A stretch of DNA of 64,000 nucleotides, taken from positions 186,001 to 250,000 of the forward strand of contig NW_027191476.1 in NCBI RefSeq assembly GCF_011745625.1, written 5' to 3'. A program made the translations under genes and the position numbers. Below the pieces are notes generated by a model that was not told the DNA's origin, ran no database searches, and saw nothing but the letters and a program-made list of their open reading frames with translations. Shown piece after piece: positions 1 through 10,508 of this stretch. Origin of the DNA: Cladosporium halotolerans. Lineage: Eukaryota. Numbering within the stretch: the stretch's first letter is position 1; every line of letters starts with the position of its first letter.

Positions 1-2
1 CA

Positions 3-1109
3 GCGACACCGGACGCCGAAAGCATAGACAATTCCCTTTCGACCTGTCCAATTTGCGAGTCTCTCGGTGCAACAAATATGGAGTTACCTCTAAATACAGC
101 TGTACAGTTTGGCTTCCTAAAGATCGTCAACCAAATTCTCGACCTCGGAGTGGACATTCACGCGTTGTCCCCCTGCGTTGTAAGAAGAACTCTTTCCACC
201 TTGGAAGGTTACGAGATGCTTCAGCTACTTTTGAGCCGCGGGCTAGACATCAATGCGGGAACAGATCAAGACGGTTGCGTACTAGAATTGCTGGTTACGG
301 ACCTGGGGGAGACGTCGGACCAAGTCCAATGGGTTTTGGATGCTGGGGCAAGTGTCAACATCAAGCCTTCCAAGGGATTCGGCAGCATATTGGAAGCGGC
401 AATCTGGCCCCCTAATAGATCCGACCGGTACAATAGGCTGAAAAATGTACGACTGCTCCTAGAATACGGTGCCAACGCGACGGGACAAGACAACCCTGTA
501 CTACCGGCCGCTGCAAGAGTGTGCGATCTAGACGTTATGATATGTCTTTTACAGGCAGGAGCAGATCCTAACGCTAGAAATGCCAATGGCGAGACTGCAC
601 TACAGATTCTTGCTTCTGCAAGTGGCAATGATGAAGATTACGTCGAAGACGTTGGGGAGCAGTTCGATGAAGATGATCAAGAAGGTGGAAGAACGTATGG
701 GCAACCCAGAGCTGAAGACCGTGACGACCGGCAAACGATGACCGCGATCCAGCTTTTGGTCGACTACGGTGCCAACATCAACGAAGAGTGTCACTCGTAC
801 GGCTCTCCACTCATTACTGCAGTCGCCAAGAATAAGTTTTTCGCCGCAGAAGCGTCACTGGATCTTGGAGCGGACACGCTTCATCGTAGTGAGGTTCACG
901 GTACACCACTAGGCATTGCGTTCGGCAAACCGAATCGCGATATGTTCTGGTTACAATGGCATCTTGGTACAGCAAAATCGGTTGGTCTCCCAAACATGAA
1001 CGAGCTCCAACGCAAGGAGCTCATGAATGTGATGGGTGGCTCTGGGCCCCGAGAAGAGAAGATCGAACTTGTCAAGGGGATTCTGCCGGCGTTAGTTCCT
1101 TACTTATGA
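3..1109 (+). CDS. Ankyrin-repeat protein, 5'-truncated at window edge
   Basis: Multiple ankyrin motifs (VRLLLEYGANA, LLQAGADPNARNANGETALQ, LLVDYGANIN..YGSPLITA). The frame is open from base 3 with no stop before the ATG at 78, so the gene probably starts upstream. Confidence 0.85.
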   Translation, partial: ATPDAESIDNSLSTCPICESLGATNMELPLNTAVQFGFLKIVNQILDLGVDIHALSPCVVRRTLSTLEGYEMLQLLLSRGLDINAGTDQDGCVLELLVTDLGETSDQVQWVLDAGASVNIKPSKGFGSILEAAIWPPNRSDRYNRLKNVRLLLEYGANATGQDNPVLPAAARVCDLDVMICLLQAGADPNARNANGETALQILASASGNDEDYVEDVGEQFDEDDQEGGRTYGQPRAEDRDDRQTMTAIQLLVDYGANINEECHSYGSPLITAVAKNKFFAAEASLDLGADTLHRSEVHGTPLGIAFGKPNRDMFWLQWHLGTAKSVGLPNMNELQRKELMNVMGGSGPREEKIELVKGILPALVPYL

Positions 1110-1552
1110 ACGAAAGGAATGAGTTGAGATCGCTCGTGCGAATTAAGATCAACGTGACTTATATGTATAGTCCGGGGATGAGGTGACTGATCATCACGAG
1201 ACAATGAGTGCTAGCGTGCGAACAAAGTAAGGTAGACGACTGTCAGTAGAGTTTTGGGGAGAGTGGTCCCACTAGGAAACGGCGATAGATTTCAGTTAAT
1301 GTGAAATGTGGCAAACGCCATTGCCAGACGTTTCGATCGATCAATATGTGCAATGCCTTTCCTTCAATCCCTTTCATAAACCATGAGCATAGCATAAACC
1401 CTTATCATCCCAGTTCCATCCAAAGCTATCGTCGACGATAAAGTGTGTGATCTACGTCTTCCACGCAAATACACAATGCAAATGCAAAAAGCATCTTCTC
1501 AAGCCTTCATGTATTGATCATTGACAAAAGAGAAAGAGGCCCAATTCATGCC

Positions 1553-2678
1553 TCAAAGCTGGACATCATTGTTCACCAACCGCACCTCCTCGCCAGGCTT
1601 GAACGCCGGCAGGCCAATGTACGGACAGCCGTCGCAGCGGAAGGCGTCGCCCAGCGCGCAGTTGCCACACGAGCCCACCTTGCCCTGCACTGTGAAGTCG
1701 ACCTCTGCCAGGTCGTCGGCGTTCAATTTAGCCAGGTTGGCATCGGCGTTGGCACGCTTCGCGGCGTCTTCGGCGTTCAGGCGCTCGGCGAGACCGCAGC
1801 TGCAGTCTTTGCACGCCCGGCGACGCTTGGTGTTGGGCTTGCAGGCTTCGGCTGGGAGGAGTGTTAGTTGTGTCAATTCAGCACAAGACAGTATGACAGG
1901 TAGGCAACGTACGAATGTTCAAAGGCTTCTGCCTGTCCTCCTCCGTAAGCAGTGAGTCCGGATCAATCCTCTCCGCGCGCTCCAGCTCCTCATTACTAGG
2001 GATCTCCATCTCCATATCCTCATCATCATAGTCCACTCCAAAATCATCCGACATATCCACAAACCCCACGCCCGCCGGCGTCGTCTTCACAGCACTAGTC
2101 CCATCCCCGTTCGCAGAGATGTCCTGACTCTTCCTCTTCGCCGTGTTAACAGCCTCGACCGGATTCGCAGGAACAGCAGCCGCGTCCGCCTTCTTCTTCT
2201 TCCCGAAACTCAACTTCACCGTCTGCTCCGCCGCCGCCTTCGGCTTGACCAGCCCCGCGCCCTCCGCCACCAAGCCCGCCAGGATGCCCTCCGTCTGCTC
2301 CGCACCGTCCAGCTCGCCGCTCTGCGCGCTCAGCCGGCCGTCGGGCTTGAGAGAAGGCGCGAGGCGCTCGATGACGGCGCGCTCGAGCTTGTGCGCGCGC
2401 GCGCCGTCAGCGTCTGTGAGCAGCAGAATCAGGTCGTAGGTTGCGGCGGGGAGCGAGACGAGGCCGAGGGCCAGGCGGTCGAGCATTTGGATGTCGGTTG
2501 CATTTCGGTCGTGCGCGGCGAGGACGGTTGTGAGGGCTTCGGGGTGGGCGGCGAGGGAGGGCGGGGCGAGGAGGAGGGTTCGTGTGGTGTGTTGCTTTGT
2601 GGTGGTTGTGTGAGAGGCTGTGGTGGGGGCGGAGAAGTCGAAGTCGGGCGTGTTGTCTATTGTTACTGAGGGCGCCAT
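1553..2678 (-). CDS. DRE2: Fe-S cluster assembly protein Dre2/anamorsin; exons 2678-1913, 1851-1553
   Basis: N-terminal IQMLDRL..YD domain. C-terminal [12 protein letters not shown] and [29 protein letters not shown]e-S motifs. 61-nt intron 1912-1852 (GTACGT..CTAAC..CCAG) joins the frames as I-P-E-A-C. Confidence 0.97.
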
Positions 2679-4158
2679 GGTGGGCTGTAGTGAGGGGTAT
2701 CTTGATTGTCGAGGGGAAGTGAACAGTGTCCTGAGAGAAAGAGAGAGTGTTTGGTTTGGTTGTTGGGCGCAAGAGTGAATAGATGATCAGATTACTCTTG
2801 CAGCGGCTATCATTTGCGGAGCCCGGTGACGAAACTTTGGGCGAGGGGTGACTGATGAACCCCTCGGAAATGTCTTCTCCAGCCGGATTGGAAATCCAGC
2901 CCTGCCCGCAAACGCAAACATGGAAGCAAGCCTTCCGACATCGCGCCCGGTTTGCTTTGTCATCTACCAATCATGTCTTGCCCCTTGCAAACGGCCATGC
3001 GATTGCTACCTATTTTGTTTTTATTCACTTCAGGCACATATCAGTCTCGCCTATGACCTGCGCACACCATATCGATACTCTACCTAGCGGCCACCATGTC
3101 TGTCTGTGGCTGGTCTCAATGAAGGGTGTCTCTAGACTAATGTAGCTCTGTCAGATGCTTGTCTCGAGAATGGTCTTGACTGCATCAACATTTGGCAAAC
3201 GTAGTAAGAGGTCCACTTTAGATGATACACTCGTGTGCGATTTGGATTCCGGCAAACCATTTGTATCGCTGAAAGGCTAATGCATGAAGCTGCAGCAGCT
3301 ACGGATATACACCTCAACTTGGAGAATACTAGAAACGTCGTTACAAACAGGATATACCCAGTCAGAGTGAGTCCATGTAAATGTTTCCCGCTCCAGCGCT
3401 TTGACTACGCCGGTTTGCGACATGTCCACCACCAGAACTAGAGTGATAGTGACTTCTAATAGGTGTCCCAAGTGAAATGAGCTTCTAAATCACTTGTGAC
3501 ACCGCAGGCAGACCAAATGCAGCATGCCATGCTGGCAACGTGTCGGCCTGCAATTGCAAGCCTGTTTCTCGCCTCGATGAACGGAGCAAGGGATCTCAAA
3601 ACGTCTCCAATCCCCCTGGTACTTTTTCGAGATCAGGTACATGAAAGCCGCCGGGTTCGAGGAAGCGCAGCGCGAGCTGGGGTTCGTGATGAAGGAGAAT
3701 TATACGATTGTCGAGAAGTGGCCGATGGAATAAAAGTTGGCGCTGTCGGCGGAGGGCGCACAAGAGGAGTTCGAACTTGGTGGGAGCGAGCGGTATGTTG
3801 AGTGAAAGAGCAAGCGTGGTGTGTAGTGTCTCTCTCCGTATGCGTATTAGATGGGTGTGAGATTTAAAGTAGGACGTGCAATTAAGCCTCAGTGTGAAAA
3901 TGAAGCTATTGAAGTGATCTTGAAGTCCGACTCTATTGGTAGTATATGCGTTTAGTTTATGTGAACATCTATGTCTATCAGGCCTCCTCTTCTCAAATCG
4001 AGAAGGCAGCACAGTTTCGGAACTCCTCGCAAAACCCAGAAAAGCCAGTCCGTAGGCGGCGGCAGATACAAGACAAACAATCAAGGAAAAGATGCGGGTA
4101 TCTCTTCCTCGCAGCACTTATCCACTTCTCTCATCGTACAACATCCATGGTCCAACTC

Positions 4159-5286
4159 TTACTCAGTCCGCTTGAGGACCATGCGGGCGTCCTCGCCGGT
4201 GGTGAAAGGCACGCCAAGCTCGAAGAGGGTGGTGATGACGCGGGAGAAGTCGGTGAAGAACTCGTCCTGGTCCTTGGCGTAGCGCTCGACGACGGGGCGG
4301 AAGGCCTTGTCCTTGACGAGCGCCATGTCGGTCGGCAGCATCATCAGGGTCTTGCTGCCGTTGTCCTGGAACTGCACGGGGCCGGCCCACTTGCGGTGGC
4401 TCCACTTCTCGCTCAGCAGCAGCTTGTAGTAGTCGTTGGTGAGGGTGATGGGAGAGAAGGTCCAGGGACCCTCGAAACCGCTGCGGTCGGTGTGGCAGCG
4501 GCCGAGAGCGTGGGCGCCGGAGAGAGTGACGATGTCCTGGTCGTTGAAGCCCATGCGGTGGAAGATGGCGCGCAGGTGGTCGTTGCCCTTGGAGCCATCA
4601 GGCAGGCGGCCGTCAGGGGTGCAGTAGCTGACGTCGCGGTCCTGGCGGCCGGGGCGCCAGTGGATGTCGGGGCCGCCCATCTCCTGGATGGCGCAGCTGG
4701 CGGCGAGAGTCCACAGGTCGGAGTAGGAGATCCAGGGGAAGGCCTGCTTTACGGGCTCGAGGAAGTCGCGGGCAGCGACCAGACCGGCGTTGGCGCCGTG
4801 GTCGCCCTCAGGAGGGAAACGCATGGTGGCACCGTTGGAGCCGCCGGTGCCAGTCTCCTTGTCGTAGGTGCCGGAGGCGTGCCAGCCGAGACGGAGGAGG
4901 ACGGGGCCGTAGGAGCCGTCATCGTAGTCGTCCTCGTCAACGAGCTTCTTGGCGATGAAGTCGTAGACCTTCTGGTAGTCCTCCTTGCTAGGAGAGAAAG
5001 TGGCGGAGCCCTTCTGGCCTTGGGCGGCGCTGCCCTGCTTGAGGGACTCAGCGTTGCCGCCGAGAGTGTAGTAGCCGAGACCAGCGAACGCGACAGCGGC
5101 GAGGCCACCGATCAGAGCGGTGTTGCTGCCACCAGAGGGCTTGGGAGCCTCGCTGGCGTAGCCACGGCGAGCCTGGCGCTGGAAGGCCTGGCGGGGGACG
5201 GCGACGCGGCGGGCGGCGGGCCTGATGGTGGAGGCCATGGGAGTGGCGCGCAGAGCGCGGGTGGCCATCTTAGCGGTAGCAGCCAT
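4159..5286 (-). CDS. CCP1: Mitochondrial cytochrome c peroxidase
   Basis: Class I peroxidase motifs [40 protein letters not shown]. Arg-rich presequence followed by a hydrophobic sorting segment. Confidence 0.96.
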   Translation of the reverse strand: MAATAKMATRALRATPMASTIRPAARRVAVPRQAFQRQARRGYASEAPKPSGGSNTALIGGLAAVAFAGLGYYTLGGNAESLKQGSAAQGQKGSATFSPSKEDYQKVYDFIAKKLVDEDDYDDGSYGPVLLRLGWHASGTYDKETGTGGSNGATMRFPPEGDHGANAGLVAARDFLEPVKQAFPWISYSDLWTLAASCAIQEMGGPDIHWRPGRQDRDVSYCTPDGRLPDGSKGNDHLRAIFHRMGFNDQDIVTLSGAHALGRCHTDRSGFEGPWTFSPITLTNDYYKLLLSEKWSHRKWAGPVQFQDNGSKTLMMLPTDMALVKDKAFRPVVERYAKDQDEFFTDFSRVITTLFELGVPFTTGEDARMVLKRTE

Positions 5287-6428
5287 TGTGTGTGCTGTGT
5301 TGAGTGGAGAAGGAAAGGAAATGGGTATCACAGAGGAGGGAGTAGAGGTGGATCAGAGGCAAGGGACGAGAGAGCGAGGTGGTCAGCAAAATAAAGGAAA
5401 CCGTCGGCAATCGCTCGTGAGCAAACGGGAGCCCAGCACGGCCCTAAGAATGTGGTGGAACTGCGCAACGAGACTCGTCCCTTCGCCGTCCGACCACCAG
5501 AACGGGCGGCGGCGATGATGGCAAAGCGTTCGGCGGACCCACAGTACTTATCATCAATCGCCGCCAGGGACCGATGGGGCTGCCGGGCGGTTGGCGATGT
5601 CGGCAGCCATCGTCACTCCAGGCTCGCTTGCCGTCACCTGCCTTGACTGAGGAAGGGCGTTTAGGTGCATTATCGTACGACGCGAAGGGCTCAGGCAGAC
5701 ATTGTGTGCGAATGCCGGTGAGATGTCGTCAAAGATGGATGCGCAGGGCGGACGAGGCCATGCGACGCTAGCGTGTCTGCGTTACTCAAGCCTCTCGCCA
5801 TTGGCTGCTGCCCCTGCGGCTCAAGCGCCCTTCGGCTCCGTGTGAGAAATTCCATCAGCCCTACGAGTCGCTGTCTCGTTACCCCTTCGGGAAGGCCATG
5901 GCGACGATCACGTGCTAGACCTGCCAGCGCGATCGGGCCCTGAACATCATCCATTCCGTCGGAGATCGCTTCCGCATGTCTTCCCGTACGCACAATTGTA
6001 GGCATCATATGAGTGTGGCTGCATTTCGTTTCAATACAGGATTGTGCTTTCTACAACTCTACCTTTCACGCCATCTGTCCTTCGGTGGCATTCCCTGCTC
6101 CATAGTAACTACGCTGCAATGGCTGCGTTCTCGCCCGACGTACGATGATGGCCTCCCGTGTCAGCCTGAGCACCGGTGGGGATGGTTGTAGAGTTGAATT
6201 GGTAATGTGATTCCGTTGGTGATCAAGATGCTCTCGTGTCTGGCGTCTATGACTCCAGTCCTGGAGTGCCTCGTCCAATGCAAGCATTACGCTGATGTGC
6301 GGTTCAGAAAATAAGCTGCTGAGTACCGTCTCCCTTCCGGCGTCATTCGAGGTTTGATCGTTGGACTGTCGCCTTGCAGAGTGCCGCTTGTTCGTAAGGT
6401 GATCTTCGCCTCAGTTGGGCAGTGGACT

Positions 6429-7517
6429 TCAGCCTTTCCGAGATCTGGTGCGGCGTCCCTCGCCTTCAGCACCACTCTTCTCTGCAGCCTCAATGATTCT
6501 CTGCCACTCTTCTTCCTCCGTCGACGTGCTGCTGTCATTGGACCTGTTCAGATCGGTCGTGGTCGTCTCCTGAGATGTGCTGTCGTTGGAGCTGTTCGAA
6601 CTGGTCGTTGTCGTCGGCTGGGGTGCGCTGCCCTGCCCTTCCCAGTCCGCCCATCCATTGACCCTGACTCCGCTCGTGTTGAGCCAACCTTCGCTGCCAG
6701 CCGCCGCGGCTGCCCACCGCCCCGGAGAGTGGAGGCTAGAAGTCCGGTCGAAGAGGTTGGGATTGCGTACTCTTCCCTCGTCAGGATGCCGCGGCAATTC
6801 AGCAGGGGCAGGCGCGAAGCGGACGCGGGTTGCGATATGAGGAGGCGGCAGCGCTGAGGTGCTATCAGCACCCGCCGAATTAGAAGACTGCTGGCCGTCG
6901 TCTTCTTCGTCGTCGGCGTGGTCTTCTTCTCCGCCGGCATCACCTCCGTCCTCCATGACCTCGTCGCGGTCCTCCTCCCCACCGCCCTCGCCCTCACCTC
7001 TCCCGCCCTCGCCGCCGGCCGCAGCACCGGAATCGCCCTCGTCGTTCTCGTCGTCGTTCTCCTCCTCATCGTCGTCGTCGTCTTCGTCATCGTCGTCGTC
7101 GTCGTCATCGTCGTCATCCTCATCCTCATCATCCTCGTCCTCATCATCCTCTTCCACCTCCTCTCCCCTAACCTCCCTCTCTCTCCTCCTCCCTCTCCTC
7201 TCCGCCGCCGCCGCAGCAACCACCATTCCCCACCCGCCATCGCTCGTCCCATCGCCGCCCTCCACCGCCATCAGCTCGGTGGCGACAGCAGCCCTGGCGG
7301 CGCGCCAGTCACGGCGTGCACCAGGCACGCCGTCGCGCCAGGCGTCCAGGGCCACTGCCGCCTGCTGGCGCAGCGAGCAGAGGCGGCAGAAGGCGGGCGG
7401 AGGTGAGGCGGTGGCGGGAGGGGGGACGGGGTGGCCGCAGTTGAGGGCGGAGAGGGGAGGGGTGGGAGGCGGGGAGGGGGAGCGGGGAGAGGAGGGTTGC
7501 TGGGGCGGGGTGGACAT
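6429..7517 (-). CDS. Orphan protein A: CxH..CxxC module, long Asp/Glu tract, RVRF motif
   Basis: 362-codon ORF from ATG 7517 (ACCATG context). Motifs CGHP..FCRLC, TRVRF, RHPDE, PGRWAA, GWLNTS. Shares architecture with the two upstream ORFs. Confidence 0.75.
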   Translation of the reverse strand: MSTPPQQPSSPRSPSPPPTPPLSALNCGHPVPPPATASPPPAFCRLCSLRQQAAVALDAWRDGVPGARRDWRAARAAVATELMAVEGGDGTSDGGWGMVVAAAAAERRGRRREREVRGEEVEEDDEDEDDEDEDDDDDDDDDDDEDDDDDEEENDDENDEGDSGAAAGGEGGRGEGEGGGEEDRDEVMEDGGDAGGEEDHADDEEDDGQQSSNSAGADSTSALPPPHIATRVRFAPAPAELPRHPDEGRVRNPNLFDRTSSLHSPGRWAAAAAGSEGWLNTSGVRVNGWADWEGQGSAPQPTTTTSSNSSNDSTSQETTTTDLNRSNDSSTSTEEEEWQRIIEAAEKSGAEGEGRRTRSRKG

Positions 7518-7820
7518 GGTGGTGGTGGTGGTGGTCGTTGATTGGTTGATTGGTTGGTTGGTTGGTTGTGCGGTTGTGGTGATGTTGTGATAGGTAGGCG
7601 CGCAGAGGGGAGGGAGGGGAGGGGGAAAATCTTTCATGCAAGCGCGCGCGGGAGGGGAGTGGGAAGCGGCGGAAACAAGGGGAAGTCCCGCTGGAATCTC
7701 GCGCGAGATGTAAGTGAAGTTTGAGCGGTTTGCTCAGTGATTCAAGCAGTGCTCATCAAGCATCGCTCTAGGGACCTGCACGTATCCGCGCAGGCACCAT
7801 ACAATGGCGGGCTCCGCGGG

Positions 7821-8400
7821 AAGCTCATATCCAGGGCAACAACAACAACGTGAACAAAGAAAACCAAGGAGACAATGGATCCAGCGCCAGGGAGCATGCC
7901 GTTCCACGCAAACTTCACAGCGTCTCCGAGACTCGATCGAGGATGGCCAAAGGGTGAGCTCATATCCAGGGCAGCAATAACAATAAGGACAAAGAAATCC
8001 GAGGATATTATGGACCCATCGCTAGGGAATATGTTATCCCACACAGACCTCAAGGCGTTTCCGAGGCTTGATCAAGTAGGGCCAGTACAGGAGCTCGTCC
8101 CACGCAGACCTCTCTCTGCTTCCGAGGCTTCATCAAGAATGGCCAGTACAGGAGCTCATGTCCAGGGCAACAATAGCAGCACAACTAGAAGGATCCAAAG
8201 AGTTACTGGATCCGGCGCTATGGGATATGCCACGTCACACCTCACTGTGTTTCCGAGGCTCGATCGAGGATCGCCAGTACCGGAGCTCATATCCAAGGCA
8301 ATGACATTAGCAAGGATAAAGACAATCAAGTGAATTGAATGATCCAGCTCTAGGAAACGCGCCATATCACTCCTCTCTTCGTTCCCGAGACCCAGTCCTG
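7821..8400. repeat. Degenerate ~135-bp tandem repeat array (4 near-full units plus 1 internally deleted unit)
   Basis: Core (G/A)AGCTCATATCCAGGGCA or a variant at 7821, 7956, 8091 (truncated), 8152 and 8283. TTCCGAGGCT(C/T)GATC..G...GCCAGTAC-like segment precedes the last four. Spacings are 135, 135, 61 and 131. Confidence 0.9.
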
Positions 8401-8440
8401 TTAGGGAATATACTGGCTCCAGCTCCAAGAGATCCAGGCA

Positions 8441-9496
8441 TCACTTCTCGGACACAGGCATGGTCCAGCATTGCTCCTCTCTGATCGCATGGCGTCTGGG
8501 AATCATCCCTTCGATCGTCAAGACACGAACCTCGAAATCCACGGTGCTGATGCCCTCAGTTCCGGTCTCATCCTCCAGGCACTGGCTCGCGAGGCCAGGC
8601 GGGTAGTCTTCAACGATCTCATTCGCCTCGCTGTCTATCTCGTTAATCTTACATTCCATGAACGACCGGATCAACTCATCCGCGTCGACGAACACTCCCT
8701 TCGCATCATCGTCGTCCTGCTCCTCCTCTGCCGCCCAGCGCGAAGGCCGGCGCCTCCTCCTCCGTTCCTCCTTCTCACGCTCCGGATGCTTCACGCTCTC
8801 GTCGAACGTGACGCGCTTCTTGGGCGGCCCGCCCGCGTCTTCTCCTTCCGGGTATTCCGCTAGGAGCACGTAGCCCTCCTCGTCGACCGTCGGGAGGGCT
8901 GGGTCCTCGTGCTCCCGGCGGAGTATGGCCGCGTTCGCGTACGCCACTTTGGCGTGGCGTAGCGCCGCAAAGACCCTGCTGCCTTCCGGCAGGAAAGGCT
9001 TGAGTTCTTCCAGGGTGTATCTGGGCGGCAGCTTTGCGCGGAAGGCTTTGCGGTCGGCGCGGGCTGCTGCGAGGGCTTTGCGGAGGGCTGAGAAGGAGTG
9101 GCAGGACGGGCAGAGAGCTGGGTGGTTGGAGGTGTAAATGGCGAGAGCTCCTTCATCAGGGAGTTTGTGCTGACAGACGGTTGCCTTTGCTGGCTTGCAG
9201 GCGTTGCAGTGGCTAATGTTCGCTGCGGAGATCGTTGGTTGGCCTGGGGCCAGAGGGCCTCCGACTAGAGGGTGTTGACAGGTGGAGGCGACTACTGCTG
9301 GTAACGCATGTTGTGGACCTCGACTGACTGTCGCTTCAGCACTGTCGATGCACGAGTTGCAGTGCGTGATTGTCGCGGCCTTGAGGTTGTTCGGATCGAG
9401 TGGCGTGTCGACTCCTGAGAGCGGGTGACCGCAGATCGAGGCGATGACCATGGGCATGGAGAGGTCCAGAGGCTCAACGCGCATCGGCGGCGGCAT
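8441..9496 (-). CDS. Orphan protein B: three CxH..CxxC modules, KKRVTF motif, acidic tail
   Basis: 351-aa ORF with CGHP..HCNSC, CQHP..HCNAC and CQHK..LCPSC, then KKRVTFDESVKHPERE..PSRWAAEEE. Confidence 0.8.
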   Translation of the reverse strand: MPPPMRVEPLDLSMPMVIASICGHPLSGVDTPLDPNNLKAATITHCNSCIDSAEATVSRGPQHALPAVVASTCQHPLVGGPLAPGQPTISAANISHCNACKPAKATVCQHKLPDEGALAIYTSNHPALCPSCHSFSALRKALAAARADRKAFRAKLPPRYTLEELKPFLPEGSRVFAALRHAKVAYANAAILRREHEDPALPTVDEEGYVLLAEYPEGEDAGGPPKKRVTFDESVKHPEREKEERRRRRRPSRWAAEEEQDDDDAKGVFVDADELIRSFMECKINEIDSEANEIVEDYPPGLASQCLEDETGTEGISTVDFEVRVLTIEGMIPRRHAIREEQCWTMPVSEK

Positions 9497-10508
9497 AGCT
9501 GACTGTTTCTAGGTCGATGTCAGCTCTTGCTATGCGACGCTCGCTTTGAAATGGTGTGAATGCTGCGTCTTCGCTTCGGCGCCGCCGTTTGCCACGCGAC
9601 CTACGACTTAGGCGAGCTCGTCAGGTGCTGCAACACAGTTGATCATCCACTGTGGGTGCCCGACTCTGCTACGAGCGGTGCACATCGTCGGTGAGTGATC
9701 TGTCGCCGCCAGAGGTCTCGTCGCCGAAGAAGGCAAAGGAAAGGGATCTTCGATGAGCCAACGCAACTGACCTTCGTGGGCAGTAAGCAGGGCAACATGC
9801 AGCAGTAGATGAGGTGCCACGTCGTTTGTGCTGCAGGAAGAAGATGCCCCAGGGGAGCTCGTAGGGTTTTGCGATGCATCGTGAGTGCAGGGTGAAGGAA
9901 GTGGTGTTGGCGAAGAACTGGTGTTGATGTGTGTCTGAACAAGCAGCGAGACAGTGAGGCGGCGTTGTGGCAGTCAACAAGCAGTCACTTGCGAAGCATC
10001 AGCCACCTAGCTAAGTCTCTGCATTCACAAAGGCCAGAGTGACCGGCGGCCCCTCGCTAGATCGTTCGTGCAATGCTGCAACTTCGCTCGTCGTCATTAC
10101 ATTGGATAGGCTACTCATTGTTATCCTCTATATCGCCTACATCGACCTCAAGGCCCCACTATGCCTATGCCCTCACAACGGTCGCAGCACGCGGTTCGAA
10201 CATCAAGGGGTTCGACGATTACCGGCGATCGACATTACAATGGATCTCACAGAACACATGGAGAATGGACATTCAAACGATTCGCGCAAGTAAAACCAAT
10301 TGCATTCGATAGGAAAAAAACTAAAGCAGATCATTGAGCTCAAAGCAGGAAGAGGTGGCCTCCATCGCTGGAGAACCACAACAACCTCTTCGCAGAGCTT
10401 CGTTCGCTCACAACACCGCTCCACACTCTCAGGGCATCGTAACCGCTTCCCTTCCATCGCCACTTCGGACCATTCAATCCCAGAACCCATCAGACAACAA
10501 AAGAAAGA

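Noticed and set aside
5691..6287. Short minus-strand ORFs downstream of orphan A as a fourth paralog
   Set aside because: They lack the CxH..CxxC and RVxF motifs, and I could not find convincing splice signals joining them.
7821..8400. CRISPR-like reading of the repeat array
   Set aside because: The inter-core segments are homologous to each other rather than unique spacers, the cores are degenerate, the context is eukaryotic and there are no cas genes.
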